This document shows positions 58,371-64,000 of a DNA stretch of 64,000 nucleotides, piece by piece (position 1 is the first letter of the stretch; each line of letters begins with the position of its first letter). The DNA is from Candidatus Doudnabacteria bacterium (lineage in GTDB: Bacteria; Patescibacteriota; Doudnabacteria; UBA920; O2-02-FULL-48-8), in the NCBI GenBank assembly GCA_016186915.1, contig JACPKU010000004.1:3168-67167 (forward strand), read 5' to 3'. The notes under the pieces are model-generated. The model did not search any database and was not told where the DNA came from. It was given only the letters and a program-made list of their open reading frames with translations. Made by a program: the position numbers and the translations under genes.

Positions 58371-60758
58371 TTAAAAACGAAAGACTGACGAAAAGAGCTC
58401 GTAAATAGATGGCATAGAAAGTTCAGTGTGCGCCCCTTGCACCTCTGACTGAAAAGTGCTGTCTGGCGGTGGCGGGGTAAAGTCTTGTGGGGGCGTGTAG
58501 TCTGGGGGAGGAGCGTAGTTTTCAGGAGATTCAAGTTGTCGTTGTTCATCAGGAGGGGGATAAGTTGGCGGCAGAGTATCATTTTGTTGCTTGGTAGATT
58601 CAAACCGACAATCTGATCCTGTCCAATAACCGCCGCTTTCAGCGCAACGGGCGGCAGGATCATAATTTTCTTGCGGGGGCGGGGCGGTTCGGGTTTGTTC
58701 TTCTGGGTTGTCTCTATTGGGCAATTCGCAATAGGAATCATGCCAGACGCCGCCTTTTTGTGAACAATAAACAGATGGGTCTGATTCCGGTTGATTTGGT
58801 TGTTCAAATGGCGGCGGTTCAAACTGTTCGAACGGGACTTGGCCGGGGAAGGGAAACCCGGGCTGCCCGGGAAAAGTTTGCGGTCGTTGTCCGGGTTCAG
58901 CGTGCCCAAAGTTAGCCTCAAACTCCTGTTTCATTTCCTCGAATTTTTGCCGGAAAAAAGTTTCTTTTTCACGCGCCAACTCTTCGTGCTTTCGAAATTC
59001 GGCTTCGAAATCAAACTTCAGTTTAGTTTCGAATTTTTCTTTGACAAAGCCCGGCACTTCTTGCTCAAATCTGGCTTTGATTTGAGCCACGGCTTCCGGT
59101 TGGCCCTGAAACTCTAAAAATTTCCGGAAGTTTGCCGCTTGGCGCTGTTCGATTTCATCAAACCTGGCGCCGAAGTCAAAATCCGGCGGCGGGAGGAACC
59201 CGGCTTCCACTTCTCCCCTGATCTTATCAAACACTTCCAGATCTGCGGGGTTGAAGGAGCCGAGGCGGTCAGTAAAGTGTGGGTCGTTTTTCATCCTATT
59301 CAGCATTTCTGCTTTGCCTTTGGTTTCCATCTCCTCAATAAAACCTTGCTGCTCGGGAGTCAGGCGACCCTTGAGCGAATCCAGGGTTTTGAATAAATTG
59401 GCGTCCGGCATAATCGCGCCGGTTTCCACTTTGTTCATCAGCGTCTGAAATTCTGCGGTGATCTGACGGGCGTTGGCATCGTCGCCGAAGCGGTTTAAGA
59501 ATTTTTGCACCTGCTGTTCGTGTTGTTGCGAGATTTGCGCTCTGATTTCCTCATGCGGCACCAACTCCTTAAATTCCCCAAGAATTTTCAGGTCTTCCAA
59601 ATCCGGGGACTCAAACTCGAACATCATTTTACTCACTGCCTTGCGGATCCCTTCTTCTCCCACTTGTTGGATTCGGCTACTCATGGTTTCCGCCAGTTTG
59701 GCCTTCATTTCTTGCATGCGGGCGATCATGACCGGCGGAATAGTGGGACGATTTTTCAATTGCTCCACCAGTTTAATCCGCGCCAGATCAGAACCAGGCA
59801 GTTGCTTGATATATTGCTCAAAACTTTGGAGCTTGATCTCGTCGTCCACTGGCAACGCTTCAAAATTTCGTTCCACGGAAGCGAGTGAGGCGTCTATGGC
59901 TTCATCGAAAGCTTGTTGTACCTCTGAAGGAGCCGTGGTCAACTGCTTTTTCGTTTGAGAAAGAAGTTCGGCGTTTTTAAAACCAGAGAACGGCGTTTTG
60001 GCTGATTGCTCGGAAATGGTTCGGAGAGTTTGAGCCACTTCTGCTCGGCCGTCCGAAGCGGCGACTAAGGTTTCTCCCGTAGCGCCTAAAACTTGATGTT
60101 TAACTTCTAATAATTTCGGGACCGCTTCCGGGTTGACGGTGAGCAGATTTTCTTGGAGACTGTCTAAAACTTTGGGAGTAACAAATATGTGATCCTCGGT
60201 AAGTTTTACGGACAACGCTCGAGCCAATTCTGGTTGAGAATTTTTCAGCTCCGGCATCCGGTTTTTGATCCCTTCCAAATCATCGCGGAATTCAGCTAAA
60301 ATCTCTACGACTTTTTCGCCGTGGGTAGCGGCATCTTCGGAATGAAGTTTGACTGCTTCGAATAACTCCTGATTGGCATGATCTTCCAACACCCTTGTGT
60401 AGGAGGCATCAGAAGCAAAAGTGTTGTAAGCTACTTCTTTTAGTCCTCGGCCAAATTGTTTGAAGCCATAGCCAATCTTGTTGATTAGCCCGTTGGGCAC
60501 GGTCGGATCAAAATCCGGCGGCAAATCCAACTCTTGTTTTAAATCTATGTCCAATTCCTGTGCCACTTCGACCGAGGCCGTTAATGCTTGTTCCACTTCC
60601 GTTTTCACTTCTTCTGATACCGTCGCTGCTTCCGAGGATTCTTCTTCTTGCGCATAGGCCAAGGGCACAGAAGCAGTTTGTAAAATTAAAGACAATGATA
60701 AAAACAGCCTTACGGCCTTGAAGGCAAAATTGCGCCCAAGCGAAAGAAACTTACTCAT
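58371..60758 (-). CDS. Large secreted protein: signal peptide, long coiled-coil/acidic central region, Pro-rich C-terminal region with two Cys-pair motifs
   Basis: Signal peptide ending VPLAYAQ. Abundant E/K/Q heptad-like text. C-terminal PPPxxY repeats. YCSQKGGVWHDSYC and RCAESGGYWTGSDC. Confidence 0.5.
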   Translation of the reverse strand: MSKFLSLGRNFAFKAVRLFLSLSLILQTASVPLAYAQEEESSEAATVSEEVKTEVEQALTASVEVAQELDIDLKQELDLPPDFDPTVPNGLINKIGYGFKQFGRGLKEVAYNTFASDASYTRVLEDHANQELFEAVKLHSEDAATHGEKVVEILAEFRDDLEGIKNRMPELKNSQPELARALSVKLTEDHIFVTPKVLDSLQENLLTVNPEAVPKLLEVKHQVLGATGETLVAASDGRAEVAQTLRTISEQSAKTPFSGFKNAELLSQTKKQLTTAPSEVQQAFDEAIDASLASVERNFEALPVDDEIKLQSFEQYIKQLPGSDLARIKLVEQLKNRPTIPPVMIARMQEMKAKLAETMSSRIQQVGEEGIRKAVSKMMFEFESPDLEDLKILGEFKELVPHEEIRAQISQQHEQQVQKFLNRFGDDANARQITAEFQTLMNKVETGAIMPDANLFKTLDSLKGRLTPEQQGFIEEMETKGKAEMLNRMKNDPHFTDRLGSFNPADLEVFDKIRGEVEAGFLPPPDFDFGARFDEIEQRQAANFRKFLEFQGQPEAVAQIKARFEQEVPGFVKEKFETKLKFDFEAEFRKHEELAREKETFFRQKFEEMKQEFEANFGHAEPGQRPQTFPGQPGFPFPGQVPFEQFEPPPFEQPNQPESDPSVYCSQKGGVWHDSYCELPNRDNPEEQTRTAPPPQENYDPAARCAESGGYWTGSDCRFESTKQQNDTLPPTYPPPDEQRQLESPENYAPPPDYTPPQDFTPPPPDSTFQSEVQGAHTELSMPSIYELFSSVFRF

Positions 60759-61003
60759 AATTTATTTTAATTTTTATTTTTGTTTCAGCTGCTATACGCA
60801 GCAAGGTTAAACTTACATATATTATATCATACTTTATGAAATTACGCAAATTAGCGACGGCCTGTCTTGGGTGAGGGTGGACAGGCGATACTCCTTCAAA
60901 AAATGGAGTATTGCTAATTGGTTCACTATTAACCTATAGTGCTATGACGTACCAATTCGCTGAACTTCTCAATCAAGCGGCATGGGCTGTAGTTTTATGT
61001 CTC

Positions 61004-61032
61004 TTGAACATGCAAGAGATTTTACGTATAAT
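61004..61032 (+). promoter_or_regulatory. Sigma70-type promoter TTGAAC-N17-TATAAT for tRNA-Glu
   Basis: ttgaacatgcaagagattttacgtataat, 12 nt upstream of the tRNA 5' end. Confidence 0.55.
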
Positions 61033-61044
61033 ATCAAAGTTAAC

Positions 61045-61119
61045 GGCCTCATCGTCTAACGGTTAGGACGCCAGGTTTTCATCCTGGTAATCGGGGTTCG
61101 ATTCCCCGTGAGGCTGCCA
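61045..61119 (+). tRNA. tRNA-Glu (anticodon TTC)
   Basis: ggcctcatcgtctaacggttaggacgccagg-ttTTCat-cctgg..ggggttcgattcccc..gaggctgcca. Confidence 0.85.
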
Positions 61120-61210
61120 CAATACCATTCGGTATGTGGCTGGCGCCAGCTTTGGATTTTCAGAGTCGTCAGTCCACATACAATTAGAATAGTGCAATGA
61201 TCCGCACCGA

Positions 61211-61489
61211 ATGGTGCTGGATCTGCCTAAAAATATGTTTTACTATGTTTACGTTTTGAGAAATGAATCAGGCCGACTGTATATTGGTTATACTGAAAAC
61301 GTTGAGCAAAGAATTACCGATCATAATACCGGCAAAGTATTTTCCACCAAACCATATATTCCTTACAAACTAATTTTCTATGAAGCTTATATTTCAATGA
61401 AAGACGCTAAGCGTCGCGAACAATATTTAAAAACAGCGAAAGGTAGAACAACTATTAAAACAATGTTGATTAATACACTGGCTAACTAG
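61211..61489 (+). CDS. GIY-YIG nuclease family protein (small, stand-alone)
   Basis: YYVYVLRNESGRLYIGYTENVEQRITDHN is a GIY-YIG motif. Confidence 0.75.
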   Translation: MVLDLPKNMFYYVYVLRNESGRLYIGYTENVEQRITDHNTGKVFSTKPYIPYKLIFYEAYISMKDAKRREQYLKTAKGRTTIKTMLINTLAN

Positions 61490-61639
61490 TAACAAAGAAG
61501 AACTTCGAAAGAAGGTCTTTTTTGTTTTACCAACAGGATTTTGAAAACCGAAACGTGTTAAATAAGGCGTTTTAAACAAAAGAAAACGCCAGAACCTGAA
61601 TTGGTCCTGGCGGAGCAGTAGGTCTGCTCAGTCCGTTAT

Positions 61640-62716
61640 CTAGACTTCCCGGTCGTCGTCTAGGTTGTCCTCATCCTTCTCGTCATCAAAGTCCTCGTCG
61701 TCATCGAGGTCGCTGTCGTCTTCGTCTTCTTCCTCCGGCAAATCCTGTGGGCCGGGCAAGTTATTCTGATCGAGCGAGGCATCATAATAGAAGCATGCCT
61801 CGAACGCCTCCGTGTGTGTGAACGTCAGCTCCCAACCTTGGCAGAACACGAAACCGAAGCCGATCTCATGGTGTTGTCTCTGTGAAGGTTCCCGGAACAG
61901 GAAGAGTTGCGCCTTGTACTTAGAACCCTTCTTCTTGTCCTCGTCCTTGTAGACGCGCTTGCGCGGCATGGATCTGGCCGATTCCGGATTCTGCCTCCAG
62001 ATCGACCAAACCAGCGCCTCTACATCATCAGCGGAAATGAAGCGCTGAATGTCGTTCAACGAGGCGTTGGTATCCCAGAGTTCGTGAACGATCTCGCAGA
62101 GCTCGTCACGGTACGACGGCACCTCCGTTGATCCAATACGTGCTGCAAGCACGAGTTTTCGCAGTCGGCTCCAGTAATCGGTGGAGGCAACCGGAGCACA
62201 ACCGGCGTACACAGCCTGATCCAACGCGAGCGTCCTGTTCTTCCACTCGTGAATAAACCACGGAAAGCCCGCTGCCTTGTGAGCGGCGGCCATCCTGCGG
62301 ATCTCCTTGAGTGTTGGAAATGTCTTTCCATGAGCCTCGATCAGTCGCTCGACTTCCTCGTGCGTAATGGCCCTGCGCTGTCTGCGTGTCCAGCCTGGGC
62401 CACCTCTTGAGCTTCTTCTGGCGATTTCTTCCTGCTCGACCCTGGCCAGATCGTTGTCGTCGATGCCAAACGTGGCGCGTTCATCATTGCGGATCCAGAT
62501 CTTCGCCTTCACGTGGGCGAACCCGCAGTAGACGATTCTTCCGGAGAGCTCGAGCGTATTCGAACCACCTGGGGCATTGTTGACCGCCGTCACACGAAAT
62601 TCGTAGGTGGCACCAGTGGTGTCGGTGGTGGTAATCGTTACAAAATCATCCACGACCGCCTTTCGGATCACGTGCACAGGAGTGAGAATGCGGCAAGTAG
62701 TATAGCGCTCTTTCAT
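61640..62716 (-). CDS. Hypothetical GC-rich protein with a poly-acidic C-terminal tail (start reassigned to the SD-preceded ATG at 62716)
   Basis: aaggagg 6 nt upstream of ATG 62716. G/C-ending codons. C-terminus EEEDEDDSDLDDDEDFDDEKDEDNLDDD. The AT-rich 5' portion in the ORF track (62717..62884) is probably non-coding. Confidence 0.45.
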   Translation of the reverse strand: MKERYTTCRILTPVHVIRKAVVDDFVTITTTDTTGATYEFRVTAVNNAPGGSNTLELSGRIVYCGFAHVKAKIWIRNDERATFGIDDNDLARVEQEEIARRSSRGGPGWTRRQRRAITHEEVERLIEAHGKTFPTLKEIRRMAAAHKAAGFPWFIHEWKNRTLALDQAVYAGCAPVASTDYWSRLRKLVLAARIGSTEVPSYRDELCEIVHELWDTNASLNDIQRFISADDVEALVWSIWRQNPESARSMPRKRVYKDEDKKKGSKYKAQLFLFREPSQRQHHEIGFGFVFCQGWELTFTHTEAFEACFYYDASLDQNNLPGPQDLPEEEDEDDSDLDDDEDFDDEKDEDNLDDDREV

Positions 62717-62914
62717 GAGAAGCCTCCTTAGGCTTGTCTTGCTTTGCTCCACTCGCGAAAATGCGAATGGCAGATGCTTGTTCAGCAGCTGAAAAATAGC
62801 AACGTAATTGCCACTTTTCAATCGCTGATTATAACAATCAATCCTAATACAAAAAGGGCCCTTTGTCAAGGCTTTTTTGATCATGCTAAACTGGTAGTCG
62901 TACTAAGGATTTGT

Positions 62915-62976
62915 AAATATCCCTAACCATAGCCAAAAAGGTTTTCCACCTGTCTCGACTTGGCCTGCCAATTAGA
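62915..62976 (+). repeat. Direct repeat DR-1 (~62 bp)
   Basis: aaatatccctaaccatagccaaaaaggttttccacctgtctcgacttggcctgccaattaga. Confidence 0.75.
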
Positions 62977-63024
62977 ATTTTGCAATCGGAATCGAAGGAC
63001 GCGAGATAGTGAGCGAAGCGAAAA

Positions 63025-63858
63025 GTGCAATTTAACAGCTTTCTTGGTATTATATTTATAGATCAAACTAAGATGAAACAAAAAGGTTCTAATTTAAAGC
63101 TGGTTCTAATTTTAACAATTCTTGGGTTGCTTGTCCTAATTTTAGGAAGTCAATTACCGTCCTACACTCGTTTAGCATTGGTTTTTTTAATACTACCTAC
63201 ACTTTTTGTTTTTCTCAAAAATGGGAATCATATAGACAAGAAAAAATTATTGGTCACATGCTTTTTAGCGATTATTGCTACCATAATTTGGGATAACATT
63301 GCTATAGAATTTAAAGTATGGGATTTTCCAATGGAAAGTGTTATAGGTTGGTTATTTGGAGCACCAATTGAGGAATATTTCTTCGCTTTTTGGATCGTTG
63401 CTATGAGTGTAGGTATCTACACTTCTCTACATAAAAAAAGAACGGTGATCAATGTCCCTCATTTTAAAATCGTTCCTTTAATAATGTTGGTAGCGGTATT
63501 ACAAATATTAGTACTATACTCTTTGATTTTTCATAATCCTGAGTCATACATAAAATGGCTATTGGTGTTTGCAATTATACCCTCCTTCTTTTATATTTTT
63601 AGAAAAGGTGAAAAAATAAGCTATCCTAAGCTTATTTTGACTGCATCCATTATGGGTTTGATTACGATCCCTTACGACTACATATTCATGTCTCATAGCT
63701 GGTATCATTATGACACTGCTATTATTGGACGCATCGTCGGAGTTCCTATTGATGATATTTTATTCAGCTTCTTTACTTCCATTACCATAATTGGATTCTA
63801 TACTTCAGTGCCACACAATCATCCCTTCACAGGTAAATGGTTGGACAAGGATATATAA
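63025..63858 (+). CDS. Polytopic membrane protein (hypothetical), bracketed by direct repeats
   Basis: About 8 TM helices. Lower GC than the neighbouring genes. Confidence 0.45.
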   Translation: MQFNSFLGIIFIDQTKMKQKGSNLKLVLILTILGLLVLILGSQLPSYTRLALVFLILPTLFVFLKNGNHIDKKKLLVTCFLAIIATIIWDNIAIEFKVWDFPMESVIGWLFGAPIEEYFFAFWIVAMSVGIYTSLHKKRTVINVPHFKIVPLIMLVAVLQILVLYSLIFHNPESYIKWLLVFAIIPSFFYIFRKGEKISYPKLILTASIMGLITIPYDYIFMSHSWYHYDTAIIGRIVGVPIDDILFSFFTSITIIGFYTSVPHNHPFTGKWLDKDI

Positions 63859-63919
63859 ATATCCCTAACCATAGCCAAAGTAGTTTTCCACCTGTCTCGA
63901 CTTGGCCTGCCAAATTAGA
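63857..63919 (+). repeat. Direct repeat DR-2 (~62 bp; ~90% identical to DR-1)
   Basis: aaatatccctaaccatagccaaagtagttttccacctgtctcgacttggcctgccaaattaga. Confidence 0.75.
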
Positions 63920-64000
63920 CAAGTTTATATATGAATTTTGAGCCGAATTTAGAAAAAACACACGAAGTATTATTCTCAGAGCCTCAAGGTCTGGTTTCGA

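Noticed and set aside
58364-58921. 185-aa alternative-frame ORF overlapping the 3' end of the large secreted-protein gene
   Set aside because: Proline/arginine-rich translation of the antisense or alternative frame of a Pro-rich region. The long frame (58371..60758) has a signal peptide and continuity.

Overview
This 64 kb window is a chromosomal segment from a small, AT-biased bacterial genome. The gene content looks like a reduced-genome lineage such as CPR/Patescibacteria, but that lineage call is inference. It is dense with housekeeping genes.

Main content:
- The canonical replication-origin neighbourhood: jag/khpB, yidC, yidD, rnpA, rpmH (not in the ORF track), then a candidate oriC, dnaA, dnaN and recF.
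- gyrA, rpoB-rpoC, uvrB, ruvA, ruvB, ruvC, tyrS, valS, tsaB, tsaD, tsaE, rpsA, rpsT, a class A PBP, FemAB, YidC and an M17 aminopeptidase.
- Seven tRNAs in three places: Gly, Phe, Val and Leu in one cluster, Leu and Cys in a second, and a lone Glu.
- A free-standing LAGLIDADG homing endonuclease inside the first tRNA cluster.

Notable observations:
1. At least four families of short palindromic or tandem repeats sit in frame inside essential genes (Mur ligase, polA, uvrB, valS, tsaD), in the manner of Rickettsia palindromic elements.
2. A conserved 36-bp hairpin element recurs in three convergent intergenic regions.
3. Several genes are GC-rich with G/C-ending codons, foreign-looking against the AT-rich background: 6445..7023, 39630..39929, the 40982..41614 radical-SAM-like gene and 61640..62716.
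4. A 1.8 kb block (TrmB regulator plus radical-SAM-like gene) appears inserted at the 3' end of uvrB, with a degenerate duplicate of the uvrB terminus left behind.
5. A membrane-protein gene is bracketed by ~62-bp direct repeats.
6. The pilB/gspE ATPase is disrupted.
7. polA is split into two ORFs.
8. A long GC-rich structured leader with a 14-bp closing helix sits behind a strong promoter upstream of 8865..9479.

No rRNA, CRISPR array or integrase/transposase was found.
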